64,000 nucleotides of DNA from a virus. Within the stretch, counting starts at the first letter, position 1, and every line of letters starts with the position of its first letter. Below, in pieces: positions 48,923 to 58,960 of this stretch. The notes beneath the pieces are model-generated. The model was not told the origin of the DNA, did not search any database, and saw only the letters and a list, made by a program, of their open reading frames with translations. The stretch is from positions 80,174 to 144,173 of the IMG/VR virus record IMGVR_UViG_3300033149_003715, one strand, 5' to 3'. The position numbers and the translations under genes were made by a program.

Positions 48923-50182
48923 TTATGTTAAAACTACGGGTAATCTTTTGTATTTAGAAGCCCCTTTTGGTCTTAATATTACATCCCCCTGTTGATACCA
49001 ATTTGCCCCATTTTCATCATCTATTTGATTTTCTGTTAATCCATTACGAAAGTTTAACGCTTGATAAACAGTTTCACACTCATTTGGAACACCTTCTACA
49101 TGCCAAATACCTATTGATGGATTTTGCATCTTCAAAAATTTCCAAATTCTTCCTTTTACGTCTAATTCCAGCAGTGTATATTTTCCACCAATTGGAGCTT
49201 CCCAAACATCTATTTCTTTTGCTCCTAATGAATAACAAAGTCTTTCCATACCTATTTTTCTAACAAACTCTCTTCTAATTTCAGCGTTTTCGATATCAAA
49301 CAGTTTTATTGGATTTAATTCAGAGCTAGTTTGCATTGCCAACCATTCAGGAACACGAACTCCGTTTAAGGCGAAAATTTTCCAAGATCCTTCGTAATCT
49401 AAGGCTGGCCCACCATGACAATGAAGCCCAAATTCATTTGTGTGTAGGGTACTTGGTTTTGGCGTGAATAAGACTAGATTTTCAAATGGCCACCACCATC
49501 CAACGTGTAAAGAAAGTTCGTATAGAGGTGCTAGTTTGTGTGTAGGCTGTATACCACACACCCTAAGAAAATCAAAAAATGATAACCATAAAGCATCTTG
49601 TGATCCACGGCCACATGCATGAATTTGTTTATGAATTTGTTTTTTGATTTGGATTTTATCTTGATTCCATATTTCGTTTGGAACACAATACCCAGTTTGT
49701 ATTTTAATTTGGGTCCGAACTCGATTTTCAATTTGGGATTTTATTCGATACCAAGTATGATTTTCGATTTGATATCCAATTTGTCCTATAATTTGTTTTG
49801 TAAGTTGGTTCCAAATATGATCCCAAATTTTATTTTTGACTTGATTCCAAATTTGGCTTCTAATTTGATATGGTGTTTGGTTCCAATCTTTTTTTCCAAT
49901 CTGACTACTAATATAGTTCCAAATCTGATTTCCGGTGTGGTATTTCATTTGAGTTAAAAAATAGGCACCCCAAACACCATGATAAGGAGAATCTAACCAA
50001 ACTTGAGTAGTTGGAGCTTGTAAGCCTACCATTCGATAAGTAGCTTTAACTGCTTTCCAAGCAACTTTTTTGTTACCTGGAGTTGTAGAAAAACCTATTT
50101 TTAACCATTTATCCCTATGTTTTGGGACCTGTTGTTGAATTAATTGGGCTATCATACAACTTCCTTTAAGGAGAATCATCAA
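48923..50182 (-). CDS. DUF6745-like protein with Q/W-rich repeats
   Basis: W..IG.ST, WLDSP, QIWNQ repeats, GWWWPFE, LHC.GGPAL.Y, NAEIRR. Confidence 0.8.
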   Translation of the reverse strand: MMILLKGSCMIAQLIQQQVPKHRDKWLKIGFSTTPGNKKVAWKAVKATYRMVGLQAPTTQVWLDSPYHGVWGAYFLTQMKYHTGNQIWNYISSQIGKKDWNQTPYQIRSQIWNQVKNKIWDHIWNQLTKQIIGQIGYQIENHTWYRIKSQIENRVRTQIKIQTGYCVPNEIWNQDKIQIKKQIHKQIHACGRGSQDALWLSFFDFLRVCGIQPTHKLAPLYELSLHVGWWWPFENLVLFTPKPSTLHTNEFGLHCHGGPALDYEGSWKIFALNGVRVPEWLAMQTSSELNPIKLFDIENAEIRREFVRKIGMERLCYSLGAKEIDVWEAPIGGKYTLLELDVKGRIWKFLKMQNPSIGIWHVEGVPNECETVYQALNFRNGLTENQIDDENGANWYQQGDVILRPKGASKYKRLPVVLT

Positions 50183-50408
50183 TAATCTTAAAATGTTTTA
50201 GTGTTCGCACAATCACATTTCCATTGATATTAATGAGACATTTGATGCAACTATTTCTTGCGGTATCATAATAGACGCCGACTATTTTTCCAACACAACC
50301 AGTATATTCCTTACAATATTCATACTGAAACTCTTTTTTTGATAATCCTAGATCATTGTGGGTGTAAAGTTGTACTGTTTTGCCAAGCAAATTGGTTTCA
50401 ATGAGCAT
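50166..50408 (-). CDS. hypothetical protein
   Basis: 80-aa ORF with RBS. Confidence 0.6.
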   Translation of the reverse strand: MLIETNLLGKTVQLYTHNDLGLSKKEFQYEYCKEYTGCVGKIVGVYYDTARNSCIKCLININGNVIVRTLKHFKIIDDSP

Positions 50409-50444
50409 GTTAATTTCTCCTATGAAAATGTTGTAACAATTGTT

Positions 50445-50858
50445 CTACCAACAAGTTACCTTTGATATAAGCTTTACTCCTTTGCAAAAAATGATGTTTG
50501 AGCTTGGATATATACATAGATATTTATACCGCTTGTGTTGTTTCTTAAGTCGTAAAATTTTCATAAGTTCTCTTTCGTTTACAGTACAAAGAAGAGTTTG
50601 GAGATATATGCCGAATTTTGACGGATTTTTTACGTGGCATGTGTAAATATACATGTTTGATTGGCAATATTTTCTACTAGAATAAAAAAATCTTTTGGCG
50701 GCATTCAGATTATTATATACCATTAAAGATGTACCATGTATGTTTGGATATGTCCATTTATTAACAAAATATTCTACAGCTATGTTTTCTACCCATGCAG
50801 AATAAATACGACCATTATGTTCACGTACTACTTTATAATAGGTTTTCTTGTAACCCAT
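50445..50858 (-). CDS. family A paralog
   Basis: Shared motif set. Confidence 0.8.
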   Translation of the reverse strand: MGYKKTYYKVVREHNGRIYSAWVENIAVEYFVNKWTYPNIHGTSLMVYNNLNAAKRFFYSSRKYCQSNMYIYTCHVKNPSKFGIYLQTLLCTVNERELMKILRLKKQHKRYKYLCIYPSSNIIFCKGVKLISKVTCW

Positions 50859-50900
50859 TTCAATTCTTCAAAAGGTTAGATTAAGTGAGACACTTATGTT

Positions 50901-51296
50901 TTATTGGCGGATTTTTTCAAGAAGTTTAACTGCGGATACAAATACTGTTCCTTTGGGTATTCCATGAGAACAGAAGAACTTTTTATGCTGTAATTGCTTT
51001 TTGCGTAATCGGTTCCAATCTTTTATCATCAAATTTTGCTTATGATGATAGATATGTATATAAGGTAAAAAAAGTGCTTTGTTGGATGGATTTTTAATTG
51101 CACAACTATAGATATGATTGCCAATCCCTGCAAAATTAATTGCTTGGTTTAAATTTCTAAATACCATTAATTTTGTTTTGGGTATATTTGGATACACCCA
51201 TTCACCGATTTTATACTTGACAGTAAATATGGGTGGTAAATATCCAGATAAAGCTGAACACAAATTTAGTCTCACAACCTTATAGTAAATTTTCAT
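50901..51296 (-). CDS. family A paralog
   Basis: Start at MKIYYKVV after AAGGAG; the longer ORF call overlaps tRNA-Leu. Confidence 0.85.
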   Translation of the reverse strand: MKIYYKVVRLNLCSALSGYLPPIFTVKYKIGEWVYPNIPKTKLMVFRNLNQAINFAGIGNHIYSCAIKNPSNKALFLPYIHIYHHKQNLMIKDWNRLRKKQLQHKKFFCSHGIPKGTVFVSAVKLLEKIRQ

Positions 51297-51329
51297 TTTT
51301 AACTCCTTTGCAGGTAATGATTTGTTTAA

Positions 51330-51414
51330 TAGCCCTGATGGGATTCGAACCCATACGTTCAATATGAACAAGGGATTTTAAGTCCCTAGCGTCTGCCAAT
51401 TCCGCCACAGGGCC
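51330..51414 (-). tRNA. tRNA-Leu(UAA)
   Basis: GGCCCTG acceptor, GCGGAATTGGCAGACGC D arm, AGGGA-CTTAAAA-TCCCT, long variable arm, GTTCGAATC. Confidence 0.95.
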
Positions 51415-51419
51415 ACTAT

Positions 51420-51836
51420 TTAATTGAAATAGATTTGGCGTATTATTCTTAGTGAAATATCACTGTAACCATTATTGATGGCATTTTCTTCAATATCATT
51501 TACATATTCACCAATACGAATAAAAACACCTGGTAATTCATATTTATCTGCTAAATCCCACAAGAGGTGAAATTGATAAACTATGTCTGTGTATTTTTTT
51601 ATGGAAGAGGGAAAAATATCATTCCATTTTATCCACTCACAATACCATTTTAGACTATAAATATCTTCCGGCTGTTGGGTTAGTGTTTGTCGTTTTGTTC
51701 TATCTAGCGGGCCTGTAAGAATTTCCGACTTTTTCAATTCGTTGCACTCAAAAAGTTCCTCAAATGTTCTTTGGAAAAATTCTAACAAGTCTTTAGGACC
51801 ATGAATTTCAAACGCGACATCACTTCTATAACCCAT
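51420..51836 (-). CDS. conserved phage hypothetical protein
   Basis: MGYRSDV...IKW...FIRIGE...DIE. Confidence 0.75.
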   Translation of the reverse strand: MGYRSDVAFEIHGPKDLLEFFQRTFEELFECNELKKSEILTGPLDRTKRQTLTQQPEDIYSLKWYCEWIKWNDIFPSSIKKYTDIVYQFHLLWDLADKYELPGVFIRIGEYVNDIEENAINNGYSDISLRIIRQIYFN

Positions 51837-51857
51837 TTGAATTCTCCCCAAAAATAG

Positions 51858-52250
51858 TTATGGATGAACTCTTTCTAAAAGTTTGACTGCTGATACAAAG
51901 ATTGTTTCTTCTGGTGGTTCGTTTGGATTAAAGAATTTTTTATGTTGTAGTTGTTTTTTACGCAATTGACGCCAACGATATAGAAAATCTTCTTTATCGG
52001 AGTATAAATGTATGTAAGATACAAAAAGTCCCTTGTATGATGGGTTTTTAACCACACAACTGTAGATATAATCATATGGTGAAGCAAATTCCATTGCTTT
52101 TTCAAAGTTATTAAATACCATTAATTTTGTTCTAGGAATATTTGGATATATCCATTTGTTAACCTTGTATCTAACAACAAAGTTCAACGGTAAATGTTTA
52201 GATAACACCGAACTCATATCTGGATTAACAACCTTATAGTAAATTTTCAT
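51858..52250 (-). CDS. family A paralog
   Basis: Shared motif set. Confidence 0.85.
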   Translation of the reverse strand: MKIYYKVVNPDMSSVLSKHLPLNFVVRYKVNKWIYPNIPRTKLMVFNNFEKAMEFASPYDYIYSCVVKNPSYKGLFVSYIHLYSDKEDFLYRWRQLRKKQLQHKKFFNPNEPPEETIFVSAVKLLERVHP

Positions 52251-52937
52251 TTTTAACTCCTTTGTAGGTAACGATTTATGAGTTGATATACAACTTTGTA
52301 GTAAATTTAGTTTGTATTCATTTGATCTATCTTGTATTGAACTACTAAGCCGTGTAATGCTACATAAGATTCTGGCGGGCGATATGGTGTTTCTCGTACA
52401 ATTTTGTAATAAAGCTTGTTTGTGTTCATATTTTTATTTTTATTATTTTTATGGTTGTAGTGGGGTTGTTTTTGTGATATAATGGGTAAAATTATATGAA
52501 TTTTTGTTGAGGTTATGATAGATTTTTAATGGTGTTGTGTTCATTTTGGGATATTTTTGGGTGTTAGATGGTTAAATGATTATTTCTTTCTTTATAAAAA
52601 CACTGAAAAAATCAATAAAAACGTAAATAAGAGGAAATGACTGGTTGGATGGGGTATTTGGTTAAAGTTTTGTACATTTTTTGGGGGTCTAGCTGTTAAA
52701 ATTAACCTTTTCTTATAATTACCAAAATTCATTTTACCCCTGGTTTTACCGTGTAAAACGCATTTCTGGACTACTTTTTTAGGTCATTATTTTGGTCAAA
52801 ATTTTGTACAAAACTTCCTACCTTTGACAGGTTGTTTGTTTGTTTTTTATGAAATTTTTTGACAAATTTTAGAAAACGTTAAAAATTTTTCTAAGAAAAT
52901 TGTTCCAAGACATCAAATTTTTCAACATATTGTTTCC

Positions 52938-52966
52938 ATTATATATGATATTTGTGTGTGTGTCAA
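52938..52966 (-). promoter_or_regulatory. consensus sigma70 promoter
   Basis: TTGACA-17 nt-TATAAT, preceded by A/T-tract-rich sequence. Confidence 0.85.
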
Positions 52967-53141
52967 GTAAAATGGGCTTATTTTAGCCAAATTTTCATGT
53001 ATTTTTCTAAATTTTTTCCTTACCGTATAAGCTATATGGGGGGTTAGACCCGGATTTTCAAGAAAAAAATGATTTTTGGGCCAATTTTTGTGATTTTTTT
53101 CGGGTATCGGAGAGATTTCTACAATTTTTGGTGAAGTTTTA

Positions 53142-53546
53142 TTAAAAAATTGGATATTTTTGTGTTTCGATAATTTTTGTGAGACGAATACCATTACAAA
53201 ATATGGTTCCTAATGGTGGAGATGTGTGGTTTATTGAAATTTTTCCGTTGATGATTTCGCGTAAATGTTTTAGGTCATATACTGGATAATGTTTGCCAAT
53301 CGGACATGGAAATAATACATCACATTTAGCAATTACGTATGTTGGAATATTATTGTAAAAGACAAAGTTTTTGGCTATTGATATACTATCAAAAACCATC
53401 AATTGTGTTGTTTCAAATCCTGGGTTTGGATAAACAAATTTGTCCATTTTATACTGGATTACCCAAGGTGTTTCTTCATCGTTTAGATACCACATTTTAG
53501 AGATTGACTGAAGATTAATTGTCAACACTTTGTAATAGGTTTTCAT
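53142..53546 (-). CDS. family A paralog
   Basis: Shared motif set. Confidence 0.8.
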   Translation of the reverse strand: MKTYYKVLTINLQSISKMWYLNDEETPWVIQYKMDKFVYPNPGFETTQLMVFDSISIAKNFVFYNNIPTYVIAKCDVLFPCPIGKHYPVYDLKHLREIINGKISINHTSPPLGTIFCNGIRLTKIIETQKYPIF

Positions 53547-53558
53547 TTTAACAACCCT

Positions 53559-53966
53559 TCAAAAAGAACCAGAAACAATTTTTATGAGACGTACTCCAAT
53601 GCAAAACCAAGTTCCTGAAGGTGGTGGTGTATAATGTGGTTGGTATTTTCCATCTATAATATCATAGAAGTGTCTTAGATCTTGCATTTCATAATGTTTT
53701 CCGAATTGACGTGCCAATAAACCATGACATTCAGCAATTACATATTTTTTGATTAAATGATAAGAGATAAATTCTTTGGCTGCTAGCATACTATCAAAAA
53801 TCATTAGGTTTCCAAATTTATGTGATTTTCTGCGTACAATTTTGTTTATTTGATATTGTACTACCCAAGGGGCTGCTTCATCTTTTGGGCACCACAATTT
53901 GGAAATTGATTGAAGATCGGTAGTTAATACTTTATAACCAACTGTCATTTTAACAACCTTTCTCAA
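53559..53966 (-). CDS. family A paralog
   Basis: Shared motif set, divergent. Confidence 0.75.
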   Translation of the reverse strand: MRKVVKMTVGYKVLTTDLQSISKLWCPKDEAAPWVVQYQINKIVRRKSHKFGNLMIFDSMLAAKEFISYHLIKKYVIAECHGLLARQFGKHYEMQDLRHFYDIIDGKYQPHYTPPPSGTWFCIGVRLIKIVSGSF

Positions 53967-53998
53967 AAAAAGTAAATGTTATACAGTATGTTTTTCTT

Positions 53999-54439
53999 CT
54001 AAGAGAAGGAATAGATATCACACAATATGTCTCCTTTTAGAAATTTCCAGTTAATTGTGTAAGATTTTATGGATTTTGCTATTTCTTGTGCTTTTTGTTT
54101 AATTGTTTTTAGTAAGTTTTTGCGATTTGTTCCTTTTATTGTCGTAATTGATAATGAAATGCCGTTAAGGTCTAATGTGTCAGCTAGTGTTTCTTCATTC
54201 AACTTTGTATTCAATAAGTATTTTTTTACTATTTTAAGGTTACATTCTTTTAATCGTTCTGGGCTGGATATACATAGACTGGCTAAATATTTTAGCGGTT
54301 TTTCAAAGTTTTCTTCTTCAAGAATTTCTATTATGAAATAGTAACCGAATTTTCCATCGGTCAGTTTTTGAGAAATCCACCTATTTTCATGTTCGCTTTG
54401 ATAGGATTGTTTAGGCAGTGAAGAAAATTTAATTGCCAT
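53999..54439 (-). CDS. family C paralog
   Basis: RWISQKL...YYF; start at MAIKF. Confidence 0.75.
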   Translation of the reverse strand: MAIKFSSLPKQSYQSEHENRWISQKLTDGKFGYYFIIEILEEENFEKPLKYLASLCISSPERLKECNLKIVKKYLLNTKLNEETLADTLDLNGISLSITTIKGTNRKNLLKTIKQKAQEIAKSIKSYTINWKFLKGDILCDIYSFS

Positions 54440-54899
54440 TGTTGATCTCTCCATAAATATCACACAATGTTTTACCATTTAACAGATCCCAACCAGTTAC
54501 ATCAATGCCGTCTATAATTTGGTTCATATAATAATTGACAGATTTAATCACGTCAGGAATTTTTTGTTTAACTATTTCTAGTAATTTTTGGCGATTTGAT
54601 CCATATTTAAAAATAATTTGTAGATCAATATTTGCAAGATATAATCTGTCGGCCAGTTTGATTTCATTTAGTAATATGTCTTTGCCCCATACCTTTTGAA
54701 CTATATCAAGATTGTGTTTTTTAATTTGATCTGGACTCACTATAGACAAGCTAACTACATATCCTGGGGTATATTCTAAGCTGGTGGTTTCTAGTATGAA
54801 GTAATAATTGAATTCCCCGTTGGTGAATTTTTGGGAAATCCATCTACCGTCGCCTTTATTTCGATACATCTTATCCGGTATTTGTGAAAATGTGATCAT
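54429..54899 (-). CDS. family C paralog
   Basis: GRWISQK...YYF...TGWDLL. Confidence 0.8.
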   Translation of the reverse strand: MITFSQIPDKMYRNKGDGRWISQKFTNGEFNYYFILETTSLEYTPGYVVSLSIVSPDQIKKHNLDIVQKVWGKDILLNEIKLADRLYLANIDLQIIFKYGSNRQKLLEIVKQKIPDVIKSVNYYMNQIIDGIDVTGWDLLNGKTLCDIYGEINNGN

Positions 54900-54936
54900 A
54901 ATTTTAGTGGATTCTTTTTAAGAATTTCTATTAGTG

Positions 54937-55389
54937 TTAATCTTCATAATTGTTACATATTGTTTTACCACCTAATAAATCCCAGCCGGTTATACTTCGA
55001 CCTTCTACAATTTTGTTCATGTAATGGTTGATTGCAGTTGCATCGGGAATGTTTTGTTTGGCTGTTTCCAGCAATTTTTGATGATCTGTGCCATATTCAA
55101 TAAACACTGGAACATAAACGCCGACTAAATATAGTGCATCAGCTAGCTTGATTTCATCTAATAATATGTCTTTACCCCAGATATTTTCTACTGCACTAAA
55201 GGTGCATTTTTTTAATTGATTTGGGCTAACTATAGATAAGCTGACCATATATTCTGGCGTATATCCCAAGCTTACAATTTCTAGCATGAGATAATACTCA
55301 AACTTCTCATGGACTAATTTTTGAGAAATCCATCTGCCGTTATTTTCGTTTTGATATATATCATCTGGTATTTGTGAAAATGTAACCAT
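54937..55389 (-). CDS. family C paralog
   Basis: GRWISQK...TGWDLL. Confidence 0.8.
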   Translation of the reverse strand: MVTFSQIPDDIYQNENNGRWISQKLVHEKFEYYLMLEIVSLGYTPEYMVSLSIVSPNQLKKCTFSAVENIWGKDILLDEIKLADALYLVGVYVPVFIEYGTDHQKLLETAKQNIPDATAINHYMNKIVEGRSITGWDLLGGKTICNNYED

Positions 55390-55410
55390 GATTTTAGTGG
55401 ATCCTTTTTG

Positions 55411-55498
55411 TTAGGTAGTTTTCCCAATATTATCGTAAAATGCCGCTCCTGTTACCAAGTTTAGGGCCATTTGCCAAAGTGCCCGCCTGTTTCGTTTT
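55411..55498 (-). pseudogene. 3' remnant of a nucleotidyltransferase paralog
   Basis: NRRALWQMALNL matches NKRELWQMALNL of 61901..62350. Confidence 0.6.
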
Positions 55499-55527
55499 AA
55501 CTAGTGCTATGACTTACTCCTTTTTAA

Positions 55528-55914
55528 TTAGGAAACTCGTTCTAGTAATTTAACCGCTGATACGAAAATTGTTCCTTCAGGAATCCATTTTTGGTTGAAG
55601 AATTTTTTATGCTGTAATTGTTTTTTGCGTAATTTTTTCCATTCCTGTAGAAATTCGTTTATAAAGTAACGCTGTATACGAGGTACAAAAATGCTCTTGT
55701 GTGATGGATTTTTTACTAAACAGGTAAAAATAATACTATTGAAAGCAGAGAATTTTCGTGCTTGCTCTAATTTTTCAAAAACCATTAACTTTGTCTTGGG
55801 AATATTTGGGTAAATCCATTTTCCGATTTCGTATTGGACTACGAATGTTGAAGGCAATTTCCAACTTATTGCCGAACGTAAACTGTTATTAACAACTTTG
55901 TAGTAGATTTTCAT
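55528..55914 (-). CDS. family A paralog
   Basis: Shared motif set. Confidence 0.85.
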   Translation of the reverse strand: MKIYYKVVNNSLRSAISWKLPSTFVVQYEIGKWIYPNIPKTKLMVFEKLEQARKFSAFNSIIFTCLVKNPSHKSIFVPRIQRYFINEFLQEWKKLRKKQLQHKKFFNQKWIPEGTIFVSAVKLLERVS

Positions 55915-55921
55915 GTCAACT

Positions 55922-56356
55922 TTATCTTTTTTGGTAGATTTCTAGAAGTTTACTTTTGGCTTTTTCTATTTCCGATTTTGGAATAAATATCTTGGTGCAT
56001 ACAATCTCGTCAAAATAACCGATAGCCACGACATCTTTTCTTAGGGCTTTACATCGTAGATTAACATGAAAATCTGTTAACATGAGATTGTTTTTTATGT
56101 GTGCATGTATCCCATGATATATTCTTTCGGTGAGTTTTTCTTCTTCGGTTAATTCTTCTGTTTTGCGATCTGATTTATACCAACCGCCGTGAATTGTAAC
56201 GTCTTGGACAGGAGAAAATACTTTCACATTTTTTCTTATTGGATTGTGAGAAGGATCATACGATACGCAAACTTCCTTATAAACATACATCCACGGAGAT
56301 TCGGTTTTTTTGTTTTTGAATTTTGATGTTTTTTCTTTGTCCAATAGGAGACACAT
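55922..56356 (-). CDS. divergent family B-like protein
   Basis: MCL, VYKEV, GIHAH. Confidence 0.65.
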   Translation of the reverse strand: MCLLLDKEKTSKFKNKKTESPWMYVYKEVCVSYDPSHNPIRKNVKVFSPVQDVTIHGGWYKSDRKTEELTEEEKLTERIYHGIHAHIKNNLMLTDFHVNLRCKALRKDVVAIGYFDEIVCTKIFIPKSEIEKAKSKLLEIYQKR

Positions 56357-56375
56357 TTTGTTACTCCTTTTTAAT

Positions 56376-56762
56376 TTAGCAAACCTGTTTTAACAATTTG
56401 ACCGCTGATACAAACATAGTTCCTTTTGGAATACGTTGTGTGTTTACGTGTTTTTTATGTTGTAACTGTTTTTTTCGTAATTCATTCCATTTTTGTAAGA
56501 ATTCATTTACGGAGTCACACTGTATGAGAGGTACAAAAATACTTTTGGATGATGGGTTTTTTACTAAGCAGGTGAAAATAATACTGCTAGAATTAGAAAA
56601 TATTTGTGCTCGGTTTAAATTTTTAAATACCATTAGTCTTGTCTTTGGTATATTCGGATACACCCATTCTCCAATTTTGTATTGAACAATGAATCTTGAT
56701 GGTAATTTCCAACTTACTGCTGAACACAAATTGTTCTTAACAACTTTGTAGTAGACTTTCAT
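56376..56762 (-). CDS. family A paralog
   Basis: Shared motif set. Confidence 0.85.
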   Translation of the reverse strand: MKVYYKVVKNNLCSAVSWKLPSRFIVQYKIGEWVYPNIPKTRLMVFKNLNRAQIFSNSSSIIFTCLVKNPSSKSIFVPLIQCDSVNEFLQKWNELRKKQLQHKKHVNTQRIPKGTMFVSAVKLLKQVC

Positions 56763-56778
56763 GTTAATTTTATCCTTG

Positions 56779-57225
56779 TTAGTAAACTTTTTTTAATAAC
56801 TTAATTGCGGAAACAAAAACGGTGTCTGTAGGAATTCCTTTTGGACTAAAGAATTTTTTGTGCTGCTGTTGTTTTTTTCGTAATTTTTTCCACATGGATT
56901 TGAATTTTATGAGGAATCTTGCTTCTGCGAGTGGAATACATCTCTCCGCCGTTGGAAACCACATTCTATTTAGTTCGGAGAAAATATTTTTAGTGTCTAT
57001 GAATATTGCTTTATTTGTTGGATTCTTTACTACACAAGTATAAATTGGATAATTTGGGGCAAATCTACTGGCACTTGCAAGGTTGTCAAATACCATTAGT
57101 TTTGTATTTTTTACCTTGGGATATATCCATTCTCCAATTTTGTACTGCACAATAAACTCTCTAGGTAAATACCGATATAATATCGAACATAAATCGTAAC
57201 TAACAACTTTGTAGTAAATTTTCAC
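56779..57225 (-). CDS. family A paralog
   Basis: Shared motif set. Confidence 0.85.
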   Translation of the reverse strand: MKIYYKVVSYDLCSILYRYLPREFIVQYKIGEWIYPKVKNTKLMVFDNLASASRFAPNYPIYTCVVKNPTNKAIFIDTKNIFSELNRMWFPTAERCIPLAEARFLIKFKSMWKKLRKKQQQHKKFFSPKGIPTDTVFVSAIKLLKKVY

Positions 57226-57515
57226 TTTTTATCCTTTTGTTCTGGAACTAATTACATAAGAGAAAAAACTGTGTTGTGTTGACTAAACTATTCCCGGCAG
57301 GTATATTTTTATTGAAATAACAATTATTAATGCGTTTTTTGACTTTGGAACTAATTTAGGTATCAAACTACCTATTTTCCTTTTGAGAATAATTTTTGCC
57401 CTTAAAAATATTAACGACAAGATTCTAGGGCATATTTACAGGGTGATTGTGACCTATTTTGGTCGTGTGTGAGTTCACCGGATTAGTTTAGCTACTATTT
57501 TCCGGTGATTTTGCC

Positions 57516-57956
57516 CTAAGAGATGTTTTCAGGGCAAGGAGAGAAGATTTTGCAGACTTCAATTAGAAGTTTCCAGATCTTTTTCATTACAGATTTGTCC
57601 CCTAACGGGACTAGATCTGGATATAAGTCTGCCACTTCACGCAATCTTTTTTGAATTGCGTTTTTTAATTTCGCATCTTTGACAACTTGAACATGAATAT
57701 CTGTATCTTTATGTATATATACAGTAGCTATTAGTGGATCTGTTCTATATGTAGAACCAGATGTTTCTACAAATCCCAATTTTTTCAAAAACTCGTGTGT
57801 ATTGGAACAATCTTGAGTAAAAAAGTCCCAATCCGATCTTTCGCCATATGTACCAAAGAATCTGCTGCCAGTTAGGTAAAATTCTATTGGACTACTTTCC
57901 AATTTATTGATAACTTCCATCGTTTGCGGTTTTCTTGAATTGATGATCGTCATCAC
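57516..57956 (-). CDS. minimal Pol-beta-type nucleotidyltransferase
   Basis: FYLTGSRFFG....SDWDFF. Confidence 0.8.
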   Translation of the reverse strand: MMTIINSRKPQTMEVINKLESSPIEFYLTGSRFFGTYGERSDWDFFTQDCSNTHEFLKKLGFVETSGSTYRTDPLIATVYIHKDTDIHVQVVKDAKLKNAIQKRLREVADLYPDLVPLGDKSVMKKIWKLLIEVCKIFSPCPENIS

Positions 57957-58099
57957 TTCTCCTTTTTAATTAAGGTTGTCGGCAGATATATTTTGTTAAA
58001 ATAACAATATTTGTGACCTGAGGGAATTCACCGGATTAGTTTAGTTACTATTTTCCGGTGATTTTGCCCTAGAAGAGTTGGGTGGGCAAGAGTGGCACA

Positions 58100-58519
58100 T
58101 TAAGGCCAATTTTGACAGAATTTTATTAAGAGTTTCCAGATCTTTGACATTTCACGCTTGTTCTTTAATGGAACTAGATCTGGATCTAAATCTGCCACAT
58201 AACGCAATCTTTCTTGGACTGCGTTTTTTAATTCTACATCTTTGACGATTTGAACGTGAATATTTGCTTCTGTGTGCATGTATATAGTGTCTATTAGTGG
58301 GTCTGTTTCATATGTAGAATCGGATGTTTTCACAAATCCTATATTTTTCAAAAAGTTGCGTGCATCGAGAGAATCTAATGTAAAGAAATCCCAATCTGAA
58401 TTTTCATCGTGTGTGCTAAAAAATCTACTTCCAGTCAAATAAAACTTTATTGGACTGTTTTCGAGTTTTCTAATGATTTCCAATATTTGTGGCATTTTTG
58501 AATTAGCAATTACCATCAC
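58100..58519 (-). CDS. minimal nucleotidyltransferase paralog
   Basis: FYLTGSRFF....SDWDFF. Confidence 0.8.
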   Translation of the reverse strand: MMVIANSKMPQILEIIRKLENSPIKFYLTGSRFFSTHDENSDWDFFTLDSLDARNFLKNIGFVKTSDSTYETDPLIDTIYMHTEANIHVQIVKDVELKNAVQERLRYVADLDPDLVPLKNKREMSKIWKLLIKFCQNWP

Positions 58520-58561
58520 TTGTCCTTTCTTAATTTGGACTATTCCACTGGGTTAGTTTAG

Positions 58562-58960
58562 TTAGTATGTTTTGATTTTTTCGAGCAATTTTACAGATTT
58601 GACGGCGATTGTGCCGGGAGGAATTTCTTTATTTTTCCAGTTGTAGCGAAGTGGGCGTTTGTGTTGTGCTTTTCTTTTAGCGATTTCTTTTAATCTATCA
58701 ATATTTCCCGTGAAAGGAATTTTTAGGAATCTACCCTTGGTGTGGACTTTATAAATATGAACTGAACAATAATTATGTTTTTCTAAAAATTTGCAAGCAT
58801 CATCAAATGTTTTGAATACAAATAGTGGAGTATATGGTATTCTAGGATATACCCACTCATTTTCTTTGTATTGAATTGCTGCTTCATGCATAGTTCCAAA
58901 TATCTGACGAATACACAAAGAATACATATCTTTTGTTACAATTTTGTAGTAAATTTTCAT
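58562..58960 (-). CDS. family A paralog
   Basis: Shared motif set. Confidence 0.8.
   Translation of the reverse strand: MKIYYKIVTKDMYSLCIRQIFGTMHEAAIQYKENEWVYPRIPYTPLFVFKTFDDACKFLEKHNYCSVHIYKVHTKGRFLKIPFTGNIDRLKEIAKRKAQHKRPLRYNWKNKEIPPGTIAVKSVKLLEKIKTY

Noticed and set aside
52922-53194. 90-aa minus-strand ORF
   Set aside because: Overlaps a family A gene and spans the A/T-tract promoter region; low-complexity translation.
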